Shown: in pieces, positions 36,309-48,082 of the stretch
Layout: every line of letters begins with the position of its first letter
How positions within the stretch are numbered: the stretch's first letter is position 1
Assembly: GCA_004431415.1 (NCBI GenBank)
Contig: QPMI01000395.1
Location: forward strand, 496,001 to 560,000
Reading direction: 5' to 3'
Source: Cyanophora paradoxa CCMP329
Lineage: Eukaryota; Plantae; Glaucophyta
Length of the DNA: 64,000 nucleotides
Notes under the pieces: model-generated
What the model saw: the letters and a program-made list of their open reading frames with translations, nothing else
Told to the model about the DNA's origin: nothing
Databases searched by the model: none
Translations under genes and position numbers: made by a program

Positions 36309-39300
36309 ATGCTAGCGCTTCCCGGGTGGCGAGCGCCGCTGCTATCGCGGGCCCTGGGGCTGAGGAGCTTGCCGGCCGGCATTCGGCTGGGCCCCGCGGT
36401 CGTCCCGCTCGCACCGCGACTCGCACAAGGTCCGCGCCCCGCCCACGCCGGCGGTCCCGCAGCGCCCGACGCGCCGCGCAGAGCCCCTTCGCCTCTACAG
36501 GACGCGGTACTCGAGGCCGCCGAAGGACCACTCGGATCGCCTGGGCATCGACTGGTTCGGCGCGCGATCAAGCGGCACCGCCAATGCGGCAGCGGAAGCG
36601 GCGAGGCGCGAGGCGGAGGAAGAGCACGACGAGCACGACGAGCGAGCCGGCGATCCGGCCGCGCAGCAGCCCGCCGAGGACGAGGAGTCTCCGGCGCCGC
36701 CCCCGCTGAAGAGCCAGCGCATCCTGCGGGAGAAGAAGACGCGGCAGGGCTTCGTGCGCACGGCCGCGAAGCTCATCGAGATGCACAAGGCGGGCGCGTC
36801 GGACGCAGAGCTGCGGGCGGCGATCCTGGAGACGCAGCAGAGCGGGCGGAACGCGGAGGACTACCCGGAGCGCCTGCTGACGCACGCGATGCACCTGCTG
36901 GCGCGCGCCGGCGAGCTCGCGGAGGCGGAGTCGCTCCTGCGGCGGGCGCCGGCGTTCGGCGTGCCCCGCAACGCCGCCGTGTACTCGCCCATCGTGCGGG
37001 ACGCCGCGTACGGGGGCGAGCCTGACCTGCTGGACCGGCTGCTCGCCCTCATGCGCGAGGACGGCCTCGTCAGGCCCCAGAAGGGCACCAAACTCCAGTC
37101 CTCCCTCTCCATATCGCTTTTGATCTTCGGGCGGGTGGAGGAGGCGGCCGGCGTCGCCGGCGGCGGCACCCGCAGGCCTGCTGGGACGTCTGCCACGCCA
37201 TCGAGAACGCGCTCTTCTGGCCCGACGCCTTCCGCGCGGCCCTCGCGGCCTACGGCCTCCCGCCCGGCGCCCCGCACACGGAGCTCTCCGGGCGTATGGC
37301 GGCGCGCGCGGCGGCGGCGGGGCTCCTGTCGCGGGCAGACCCGGCGGCCCCGCAGGACTGGTTCTGCAGGGCCCTCATGCGCGCGGAGAGCGCGGCGGAG
37401 GTGGCCGCGCTGCACGCCGCCGTCCTCCGCGTCTACCGCCACGTGGCCGACGCGCGGTCGGCGGCGGAGGCGGCGGCGGCGGCCGCCGCCGCCGGCGGAG
37501 GCGCGGCAAACCTCCCCGCGCTCCCGGCTGCGTGGGGCCGGAGGCTCACACCGGCCGAGCTGCTCCCGTGGGCCGAATGCGAGGCGGCCGCGAACGCGAT
37601 GACGCGCCTCGTCCAGGTTCGCGTTGCCTGTACCCCCCTCCTCCCCAGCTTTCCCGGGCTCACGCGGACGCGCGCAGCTCGGACTTGTGGCTGAGGCGGA
37701 GGCGTACGGGAAGCCCCAGCTCCTGGAGGGGGCCCCCTCGCCCTGCCGGGCGCGCCTCACGGCGGAGCTCCTGGGAGCCCGGCTGACGGCGGGGGACGTG
37801 CCGGCGGCCGTGGAGCTGTGGAGGAACCTCGTACGAGAGCTGGTGGACTCGCCCAGGCGCTGGGGCGACCAGGGAGGGGGCTCCCAGTCGCCCAAGAAGG
37901 ACGGGCAGCCGATCGCGAACCACCTGGTGGCGGTCTGCGGCCCGCTCATCGCCGCCGGGGCCGGCGAGGCCGTCGTGGAGGGCATCGCGAGCATCGTGAA
38001 GGCGAACCAGCCGCCCCCGGCCTTCGGGCCCTGCACCGTCCGCGCCGTCCACAGGCTGCTCGAGGCCGGCCGCCCCGACCTCGCCCGCCGCGCATCCGAG
38101 GCCGTCTCCTCGAAGGTGTACCCCCGCATCACGAACTACTGGGGCCTCAAGTACGGCGGGCGCGTGTACCCCCTCCCACCTCCCCCTCCCCTCCCTTACC
38201 CCCGAGCCGAACCCGCGTACCCCCGCAGGGCCCTGCAGGAAGTGTTCTGGAAGAAGGGGATACAGGAGAGCGACAAGGGGCCGGAGGGCGCGGCCCTCTT
38301 CGACGACCTTCTGCGGGAGTTCAGGTACCCCCCTCAATCCCTCTACCCCCCCCGCCTACCCCCTCCCCCCTCCCCCTCCCCCCTCGGCTCGCCCCCCCCC
38401 CTGCGTTCTGATACGGGTACGCTCGCAGGGAGGCGATCGTTGCGCGGATGCGGCTGAAGGTCCTCTGGCCGTTCGCCACTACCCCCGCGCCCCCCCAGCG
38501 ATCCAAGGCCGGCCCCTCGTCCCCCTCCCCGTACCCCCCCTCTCCCTCTCCCTCTCCCTCTCCCTCTCCCTCCCCCTCCCCCTCTTCCCCGGCGCCTGCG
38601 CCGGTTCGGGAGCCTAGGATGGCGCCGCCCTACACGTCCTCGGTCTTCGCGGCCTTCGCGAAGCGTCTCAAGGCCGCCTCGCGCCACGAGGAGGCGTTGG
38701 ATTTGATGGAGCTCGCCGCTGAGTCCGGCATGCCGCGGGAGCTCCTCGCCTCCTTCCGCATCGACTGCATGCTCTCCCTCGGCCGCAAGAACGCGGCCTG
38801 GCGCGAGCTAAAAATAGCCGAGCGGGAGCTGACGGACAAGGACCTCGCGGGGCGGCTGGTCTTCGCCTACGACGCCTTCATTCGCTTCTACAAGGGCGAG
38901 GGCAACGTACCCGGCATGATCGCCATCGTCCGCCGCGCCAAGGTAGTCGTCCGCCCCGCTTTCCCCGTATCCCCCCCCCTCCTCAACGGTTCGCAGGACC
39001 TGGGCGTGGAGCTGGGGGCGGGTACCCTGAAGCACCTCGTGGAGGCCTCCGAGGAGGGCGGGCGGGCGGAGAGCGCGGAGACGTGGCGCCGGCGCATTGA
39101 GTTTCTCGAGCGGGCGAAGAAGGTGCCCTGTACCCCCTCCCTTCTTTTCCCCCCTCTCTTCTTTTCTAATCCCGCGGCAGGCGAAGGAGGAGCTGGAGCA
39201 GCGGCGAAAGTCGCTGCGTAGCCGCCTCTTCAGGCAGTCGCTGGACGCGGCGATACAGGAGGAGGGCGACGACGGGGGGTACGCCTCCCTGGAGGAGGAG

Positions 39301-39835
39301 GGGGGCAGGGCCCGGCCCGGCCCTCTTAGCTAGCCCACTTGACGGTGCGGTTTGTTGAATGACAGAGAGAGAGAGAGAAAGCTGGAGTCGGTCTGGCTAG
39401 CGCTGCGCGCGGAGGAGGGCGAAGGGGTCGGGGGCGCCGGGCGGGCGGGCGGAGAGGGGGCGGGAGGGTGGCCGCTCCTGGGGCGTTGCGGGCGGGGGCG
39501 GGTACAGCGACGAAGCCGGGCGCGAGGGCGTGGCGGCCCCGAAGTTCAGGCCCCCGCCACCTGCCGGGGGATCGGAGTTCAGAGCTCGGCGGGGGTACGT
39601 GATTGGGGGGGGTAGAGGGGGCGCGCCCTCCGGGCCGGAGCAGCGAGAGTCGATGCGCGGCGTGGTGGGCGTGTGGGCGGGCGACGAGGACTCCAGGATC
39701 CCGCCGCCTCCTCCGCCTCCTCCGCCCCCGCCGCGGCTGTTTTCGTCCTCGTGCGGCCAGGCGCCCCGCGCGGGCGCGGGCGGCGCCGCGAAATCGAATC
39801 CCGAGGACGGGGCCGGCGTTCCTGCGGGCCCTTAA
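36309..39835 (+). CDS. Pentatricopeptide-repeat (PPR)-like protein, probably organelle-targeted
   Basis: Arg/Leu/Ala-rich N-terminus lacking acidic residues; PPR-like motifs LLTHAMHLLARAGELAEAESLLRRAPAFGVPRN / AAVYSPIVRDAAYGGEPDLLDRLLALMREDG, and later AYDAFIRFYKGEGNVPGM. First junction phase and 3' end are tentative. Confidence 0.7.
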
Positions 39836-39856
39836 GCTTAGGACTTCGCCTTGCAT

Positions 39857-41418
39857 TCAAGATTTAAGGTGCGATTCGATCGCACCGCCCCACGTCCGGT
39901 CGCGATCGTTGCGCTGCGCGTGCGGTGGCTGAGCATGCGGGTGCGAGTAGGCGCGCCCCCTGCGAAAGCGACTCCGATATTGATCAGGCCGCGCGGCAGG
40001 GCGGGGGAGGGGGGGTACGGACGGGGAGGGCGTCCGCGATCCCCCGGCCGCCTGGGGTACGTGCAGCGTCTCCGGCCGTGTAGGGGCTGGCGTACCGTAC
40101 CCCGGCGCCGGACGCTTCGGCGCCGGCGTGCCTAGAAGCACCGAGTCAGCAGCGCGAAACCGGTCGGAGAAAGGATTCGAATTCTGACCGTAGGAATGGG
40201 GTACGGCGATGCTGGCGGGCCGCTTAGGCGTCCCCTGCGGCTGCGGCTGCGCCGGTAGCGAGAAGCGGTGCGCCGAGCCGGGCTGGATGGATTGGACGTT
40301 CACGGGTCGGAACACGCGCGACGACTGCGCAGGGCCGCCCCCTCCCGCGGCCGCGGCCGCGGCGGCGTGCCTCGCGATCGCGTCTCTGGCCATGGCCCGC
40401 GTAAAAGTCAGCCGATCGCAAATAATCATTAATCTCCTCTGTAGACAAGCTCAAAGCATACAATCAAGAGATTTAGAGCTCGAGCGCACGGGCCGCGCGC
40501 GCACCTGCTCTGCTGCTCCACCTCGGCGATACGGGATTTTAGGTCCCTCGCGTCCCGCACCAGCCGCGCGTTCTCCTCCTTGAGCCGCTGCGCCTCCCTG
40601 TACATGTCGGCGACGCGGTCGAGATCAGCAGGCGTGCCGGCGCCAAGACCGAGCTCGAGTGATCTCGGATGCGCACGCGTAGAAGCCGCGGCTCTTCTCC
40701 TCAGATTCGCGGCGCCGCGCCTCGGCGTTCTGAGCCAGCGCGCGGAGCCCTCGGATGGTTTCCTCGTAGTGTCCGAGCTGGAACTGCGCAAGGACTCATG
40801 ATCGATATCAAGAGGATCGGAAGCCATCTGAATTCGATCTGGGACCTTGTAGACGTCGATGGCTGAAGCGACGGCGGTCTGCAGGGCCCGCTCGCCGGGA
40901 CTAAAGTAGACCTGAATGTTGTCCGGCACGCCGCGGCCCTGCGAGGGGCTCAGAGCTAGCCAGCGCGTCGCAGCGCGGCTGCAAGCTAGATATCGATCCA
41001 AACTGCGATCTTCGAATTCCCTGTGCGAAATTCTTGCGCCCGCATCGCTCAATGCGAACCCTCTCAAGCAGGCAGGTCGATGCGGCCTCCAAGCACGTAG
41101 GGCACGCAGCTGCGGGACGATTAGGCTCGGGATGCGGGCCGAAAGGGTCAGAAGGCACCGTCCCTGCCCGGGACCGCGTCCGTGCATCTGCAGGTTCGAA
41201 ATTGGATCCGCGACCCGCGAAATCGCTTCAAGGAGAACAATGAACAGCGCACCTCCTGCACAGGAAATGGCCGCACGAGAGGAAGAGCGCCTGGGTCGCG
41301 TTGAGCTCCTGCGCGCGCGCGTCACGCTGGGACCAGAGGCCGACCACAGCCGCATTCGTCTCCGCACCTCGAAACACGTGCAGCACGAGAAGGAGAAGCC
41401 CGCGGGGGACGGCGGCAT
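39857..41418 (-). CDS. RNF212: RING-HC + coiled-coil + S/P-rich tail; RNF212/Zip3-like meiotic crossover E3 ligase
   Basis: Spliced: FSCCTCFE|ELNATQALFLSCGHFLCRR|C..|CPTCLEAASTCLL..PDNIQVYF...IDVYK|FQLGHYEETIRGLR, then coiled coil. Resembles the RNF212 pattern CxxCF..CGH..C..C..CxxC..DIQAFF..EFQ recalled from memory. Confidence 0.6.
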
Positions 41419-42057
41419 CGCGGCAAAAACTTGCCGCACCGGTGGGGGTCTTAGCCGGAGACGGGTACACGACATCAATCGCAACCTCCACCGAGCCTCA
41501 GCCAGATTCAGGTGCGTTCGCTTCTTTCCCTAAGGCGCGCGGGAGTGTGGTAGCGCCTAGAGGCGGGCCCGGATCCGGCATGCCCCGCTGACGTGGAAGC
41601 CACGTCTGCGATCCACGCTGGCATGCGTTGTTTTGAATGCTGGCTGTTGCGCCCTTGTGGAAGTCGGAACCGGCACTACAGCCGAGCAGTGATCGCCTTG
41701 GGCGAACCCAGGCACAGCTCATAGCAGAAGTTGCGTACAGCAAAGCGAACCTTCCAGCAGCGCAGCAGAACAGCGTTACCCGCTTCATCCGAGCACCAGA
41801 AGCATCTTGGCATATCGTATACAGCTCGCCGCCAGCGCCCGAAGCTCGTAGCTAGGTTGCGAGAGGTCCGGGAGCTTGGGACGAAGCGAGGAGCCTGCCG
41901 CCAGCGATCTGTGTGTCTAGGTCGAGCTTAGGCAGCTGCGGGGAGTGCTAGCGAGATGGGAGAGATCGCGCCGGTGTTGGTGACGTCGCCGCCAGACACA
42001 GGAGCGGGAGCGGGAGAGGCGGCGGACGCGGGAGCAGCAGCAGCAGCGGCGGCGGCG

Positions 42058-43894
42058 ATGGCGGCGGACAGCGAACAGATAAAGGCGGAGGCGGGATACC
42101 TCGAATCCGCGCTCCAGACCTTCGTGGATTACATGGCGGACCCTTTCTACCTTCAGCAGTCGATCGAGGCGCGCCCCGCCGCCGCCGCCTCTCCCGCCCG
42201 CGCCGCGGCTGAGCGCCGCCGCTTCTCGCGCAGACTGTCATCGTGGGCCTCCTTAGACTCGTGAAGGTCAGCTGAGCCTGCGTGCGCTTCCCCGCCGCCC
42301 GCGCCCACGCTCCGGCTCCGCAGGAACTCAGGAAGGAAGTCTACCTGGCCCAGGAGCAGGCGCCCCCCCCCGTACTTCCCGCCCTCTCCTCAGCCGCCGC
42401 TCGCCTCACGCCCGCCCGCGACTCGCAGCTCGTCCGATCGGGCGGGAAGGCCCCAGCCGCTGCGCCGGCGGCGGGCGAGGGCGAGGGCGAGGGCGAGGGT
42501 GGCTCCCGGGAGCTCGGCCTCGTCGAGGCGTACCTCGAGAACCAGCACATCCTGCAGCAGGGAGGGCCCGGTACCCCCGAGGGGCTCCTCGCCCGGCCCC
42601 GCATGTCCCACTACGGTACCCCCCAACTCCCCCCTACCCCCCGCCCTCCTCAGCTAACTTCGCGCAGCGCGGCTGCTGGCGGCGCTTCGGCTGTTCGCGT
42701 CGGTCGCGCCGGAGCAGCCGCACGCGGGGTCGCCCTACGCCCTCGTCCGATCCCGCCGCGGCTCTGCGGAGCGCGAGGCCTCCGGCGCCGCCCTCGTCGC
42801 GGTACGCGTACCCCCCTTCCCTCGCTCCCCCACCCCCGCTCATTGTTCCCGCCCAGTCCGTCCAGTCGGCGGTGATCAGGCTGGTCGACCTCGTCGCTCC
42901 GGACGGGTCGCTGGCCGGCGGGCCGCCGCCCCGCGCCCAGGGGCCCCTCGAGGCGGCCGTCGACGCCGAGGCCGACCTCCACAGGTGCCGAGATTTGATC
43001 CGAGATTCGATCTCGAATTTGATCCGGGATTTGATCGCGCGCGCAGGCTGCAGCGGACGCTGATCGACCTCGCGCGGAAGTGCCAGCGCTCCCCCGTCAA
43101 GTCCGCCCTCTCCCCCGGAACTCCCCGTACCCCCCACACGCCCCGTACCCCCCGCACGCCGGGCTCGGCCGCCAGCCCGGCGCGCTCCCCCCGTCCGCCC
43201 TCCTCGGGGGGGTACCTCGCGCCGCCCTCGGGGGCGGAGCACCAGTGGCCGCCCCCCCTCCCGCCCGCCTTCCCGGGGGGTACCCTCGCGGCCCCGCACC
43301 CGCCCTCGGACCCCCGCGCAAAATCTGCGCCCTCGTCCCCCCGGGGCGCCCCGCAGCGGCGGCACAGCCTGGAGCCCTTTATCCTCTCCCCCCGCCCCCC
43401 CGAGGGGGGCCGCTCGCCCCGCGCCTCGGGCGCCGGCTCGCGGCGGGCCTCGGCGGCCTCGGTCCCCGCGTCGGACGCCAAGGTCCCTGACCCCGAGAAG
43501 CCGGCCGGGCCGCCCCGGGAGCTCTCCGAGGCGGAGAAGGCCTTCATCGAGCGCATGTGGGGCGACGCCCAGGCGCGCCCGCCCCCGCCCGCGGCCCCCG
43601 CCGTCCAGCGCCTCCTAGAAGCAAGAAGCTCCTTGTTCTAAGATCCTAAGATCTCCTAACATCCTTCTTGGCTTGTTTCTAACATCATCCTAAGACAAGA
43701 GCCAGAGCGCCTCCTCCTTGTTTCTACCATTCTAAGATCTGCGCCCCCTAAGATTACGATCTAGAGCTCCTTCTTCTGACGGGGCCAGGATTTGCCGGGG
43801 CGCAGGCGCGGGAGAAGAAGCTGGCCGACGCGCGCGAGAAGCGGGAGAAGGAGGCCGCCGCCCGCGCCCCCAAGGAGGTGCATCTCCCCCGCCG

Positions 43895-43925
<31 letters not shown>

Positions 43926-46900
43926 CTTTCGCCCCAGCGGGGCGCTCTTAGGGGTTGGGATAGTAGACTCTATGCCCAGCCCTCTAGACCGGGTCCGCCC
44001 AGGGCTGCTCGGATGCGCAGAAGCTAAACTGAACTGAGCTCATGTGATCTTCGTTCTCGCTCAGGTGGACGTGGCGGCGTTCGTGCAGCGGATGGAGGGG
44101 GACGCCAAGGCGCGCGACGCGAAGCTGAAGCAGGTGCCCCGCCCCCGCCCCGCCTCGGCTCGGCTCCGCTCCGCTCTGCCGGGGTGCTCTTCTAGAACGG
44201 GAGCACGCCTAGCGCCTCGCCTCCGCCACACCCGCTCCTAGCTGGGGATCTCGGCCCCCCGACCCCGACCCCGTCTCGGCTATGCCGGGGTGCTCTGCTC
44301 TGCTCTGCTCTGCTCTCGCTGCTCTGCTGAGGCTCGGGGCCCCCGACCCCGACCCCGACCCGACCCCGCCCCCGACCCCGCCCCCGACCCCGACCCCGAC
44401 CCCCGACCCCGCTGCTCGGCTCGGTTCCGCTCGGCTCCGCGGACGCCGCCGCTCCTTGAACGGGAGCACGCCTAGCGCCTCGCCTCCGCCGCACCCGCTC
44501 CTAGCTGGGGATCTAATTCCCTCGCCTAAATCCTACCTTGGCTCTGCTTCGCTTCGCTTCGCCGGGGTGCTCTGCTCTGCTCTCGCTGCTCTGCTGAGGC
44601 TCGGGCAGCACGAGGACGCCGAGCAGAAGATCGGGGGCGCTCTTATTTAAGACGGGGGGCTCTTATTTAAGAGTTGGGATAGAAGATAGACTCGTGCTTT
44701 GCCTTGGCTCTGCTTCTGCTGAGGCTCGGGCAGCACGAGGCCGCCGAGCAGAAGAAGGCCCGCGAGATGGCCGCACGCAGTGCGCAGTACCCCGCCCCCC
44801 TGGCCCCTCCCCCCCCTTTCTTCCCCCCCCCCCCCCCCCCCCCCCCTCCCACCACCACCCCTTCTAGCTTCACTTCCTCCCCTTCCTCCCCTCCCCTTCC
44901 TCCCACCCACCTCCTTCCTCCCCCTTCTAGCTTCTAGCTTCTAGCTTTACGGTCGACAGCTGAGCGGGGGCGCCCTTGCCGGCGCGCGCTGCTTCCAGGC
45001 CCCCAGGAGCCCCCCTCCCCCCCCCCTCCCCCCCCTCCCCCCCCCCCCCCCCAGCCTCTCCCGGCTTCCCCGAGTTTCAGTCTCAAGCTCTCCTCCCCCT
45101 AGCTTTCCGGACCCCCATAGCCTGCCCTCTAGCTTTCAGCTAGCTCGCCCCGGCCGTGGCCGGCTCGGCTGAGGGGCTTGGGGGCCGGGCAGGCGCGGAC
45201 CCGGTGGACGTGGACGCGTTCGTCAAGCGCGTCGAGGCCGACCTTAAGGTCGCCCCATCCCTCCCCCGGTCCTTAGATGAGAGAGATTCCTTAGCTCTTC
45301 TTAGATTCCTTGGCTTAGCTCTTCCTTAGATTCCTTAGATTCCTTAGCTCTTCTTAGATTCCTTGGCTTATAATTAGCTCTTCCTTTAAATTCCTTGGCT
45401 TCGAATTCGCGCGTCGAGGTCCCCGCCCCCTCCCTCCCTCCGTTCCCGCGCCGGCTCCATCCCCGGCGGCTCGCAGTTGCTTGGGAGCTCTAGGCGGACC
45501 TTAGGGCGTCCCCAGCTCCTAGCCCGTGCTCGGCTTAATCTAGCTCTATCTCTTCCCTAAGGCTAGGTGGCTAGCTCCTCTCGCCCTGCCCTGCGCCTCG
45601 CCCTTTAGCTTCTTCTTCTTCCTTTCCTCGGGTCTGAGACTTGTGGTGCGCAGACGCGGACGGAGGGCCTGGCGAAGAGGCAGAGGGACCAGGAGAAGGT
45701 CCGCCCCGCCCCCCGCCCCCGCCCCCGCCGCCCCCGCTTCAGCTTCGCCCCGCTCGCCTTCTAGCTATAGCCCTAGAAGGCCCCGCCCCCGCCCCCGCTC
45801 TGTCGCTAGCTTTCTAGCTAGCCTCTAGCTAGCCCTAGAAAGCCCGCCCCCGCCCCGCCCCGATTTAGCTGGCTTTAGCTAGCCCTAGAAGCCCGCCCCG
45901 CCCCGACCGCCCCGCCCCGCCCCGCCCCCGCTTTGCCCAGCTCTCTGTTTAGCTAGCCCTAGAAGGCCCGCCCCGCCCCGCCCCGCCGCGCTCTAGCCGG
46001 CTTTTCCCTATCCGCACCTATCTCCACCGCGCCGCCCAGCGCCCTCCTCGGCCTTGCTCACGGGGCGGGAAGGGGGCCGGCTTTTCCTATCCTCTCGCCG
46101 GCTTTTCCCATCCGCACCTAGCTCCACCGCGCCGCCCAGCGCCCTCCTCGGCCTTGCTCACGGGGCGGGCGGGGACCGGCTTTTCCTATCCTCTCGCCGG
46201 CTTTTCCCATCCGCACCTAGCTCCACCGCGCCGCCCAGCGCCCTCCTCGGCCTTGCTCACGGGGCGGGCGGGGACCGGCTTTTCCTATCCTCTCGCTGGC
46301 TGCACCCATCCGCACCTAGCTCCACCGCGCCGCCCAGCGCCCTCCTCGGCCTTGCTCACGGGGCGGGCGGGGACCGGCTTTTCCTATCCTCTCGCCGGCT
46401 TTTCCCATCCGCACCTAGCTCCACCGCGCCGCCCAGCGCCCTCCTCGGCCTTGCTCACGGGGCGGGCGGGGACCGGCTTTTCCTATCCTCTAGCCGGCGT
46501 TTCCCATCCGCACCTAGCTCCACCGCGCCGCCCAGCGCCTCCTCGGCCTTGCTCACGGGGCGGGAAGGGGGCCGGCTTTTCCTATCCTCTAGCCGGCGTT
46601 TCCCATCCGCACCTAGCTCCACCGCGCCGCCCAGCGCCCCGCGCCGCCCCGACGGGGCGGGGGCTGACGGGGCGGGCGGGGGCAGGCGCTGGTGGCGGGG
46701 GCGGTGGGGGCCGGCAAGAGGGTCGACGAGCAGACCTTCGTCCAGCGCATGGTCTCCGACGCAAAGGCGCGAGAGAGCCCTACCCCCCATTTCCCCCCCC
46801 CCCCACCGTCCCGCATAGAGAGGGAGGGTAGGGCCGGAAGGAGAGGGCCGAGAGGGCGCTCAGAGAGAGGGCGAGGGCGAGGCGGGGCGGGCCTCATACT

Positions 46901-47635
46901 GGGCGAAAGGGCGCTCGGCCCGTCTCTGGCTGAGGCCGAGGCGGGGCCCTCGCATGTAGAAAGAAATAGATAGGGCCGAGAGGGCGCTCATAGACAGGGC
47001 GACGCCGAAGCTGAGGCGGGGCCCTCGCGTGCGCAGGTGCGGGAGGAGGCGCAGCGGAAGGCGCTGCAGGACAACCTGCGCCGCATGGAGGCGTCCATGG
47101 TCGGCGCAGGCAAGGTGCGGGCGGCCGCGAGGGGGCGGGGGGGGAGAGAGAAAGAGAGAGAGTAGAGGCGGATAAATATCTAGAGCTGACGCGAGGTTAA
47201 ACTATGGATAAAGGGGTGGTGTGATAAATACGTAGAGCTGACGCGAGGCGGAACCGGCAGGTTGTGAGCGAGCGCGAGTTCGTGCGGCGCATGAGCGAGG
47301 ACGTCCAGGGCCGGGAGGTCGCCCGCCTCCAGGCGAGCGCGCCCTCGCTTGTCTTGTCTTTGGATGGTCTGCAGCTGTTGTCGCTCACTCTTGTTTGTTT
47401 GTTTGTCTCGGCGCAGCTGTACGAGAGCCTCGCGACGGCCCCGGCGAACGTCCCCCACACGGCCGTCGTCGGGCGCCGCCGCTCGAGCTCGGCCGGCGGC
47501 TCGCCCTCGCCCACCCCGTCCCCCACCGCCTCCCCGGCGCCCCGGCCCGCCTCCGCCGCCCCCGCCACCGTCAGCCCCACGCCCCGCGCCGCCGTGCCGC
47601 CCATCCCAGAGGCCGCGGACGCCGCTGACTCGTGA
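42058..47635 (+). CDS. Multi-exon hypothetical protein with Pro/Ser-rich middle and five F-x-x-R-[MV]-x-x-D helical repeats
   Basis: Exons MAADSEQIK..QQSIE|ELRKEVYLAQEQ|LVRSGG..; repeats AFIERMWGD, AFVQRMEGD, AFVKRVEAD, TFVQRMVSD, EFVRRMSED. Confidence 0.6.
45997..46638. repeat. Intronic minisatellite, 99-bp unit, about 6.5 copies
   Basis: ccggcttttccc at 46098 and 46197, continuing at the same period; 33-aa periodicity in ORF track. Confidence 0.9.
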
Positions 47636-48082
47636 TCGCGAGCCCCAGGGGCGGCTTGCCTTATATAGCGCATAAGCCACTGCACTCGAGATCGAGAGAA
47701 TTCGAAAATGTACATTCCGTGAGAGTACTAGTCGTAATCATACTTGCAATAATTATGTACCCCGAAGAGCGGCGCAGGCCTTGAGGCTGCAGATGGCCCC
47801 GGGAGGGGGGGAGGGGCGGAGAGGGGGTGGATCCGGAGTTTGGAAGAGGGGGGGGGGGGGGGATCCGGAGGAGTTGCGGATCGATGGCCCCGGGGGAGGG
47901 GAGCGGGGGAGAGGAGGGGAAGGAAGTATCGGGGCGGGGCAGGGCGGGACAGGGCGGGATCACAAGGTTGGGGTGGAGGGGTAGGGAGGGTCGGGGGGGG
48001 GGGGGGGGGGGATGTGGGGGTTACAAGCGAAAGTACGCGTGCCGGCCCTGCTGAAATGCTGCCCCTCAGAAGCTGCGAGCGG

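Larger units (their letters stand above)
30976..38238. repeat. Tandem duplication, unit about 3.64 kb (30976..34601 and 34615..38238)
   Basis: Copies differ mainly by 1-bp homopolymer indels; one A/G substitution noticed (33659 vs 37290-91). Short filler at the junction. Confidence 0.95.
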
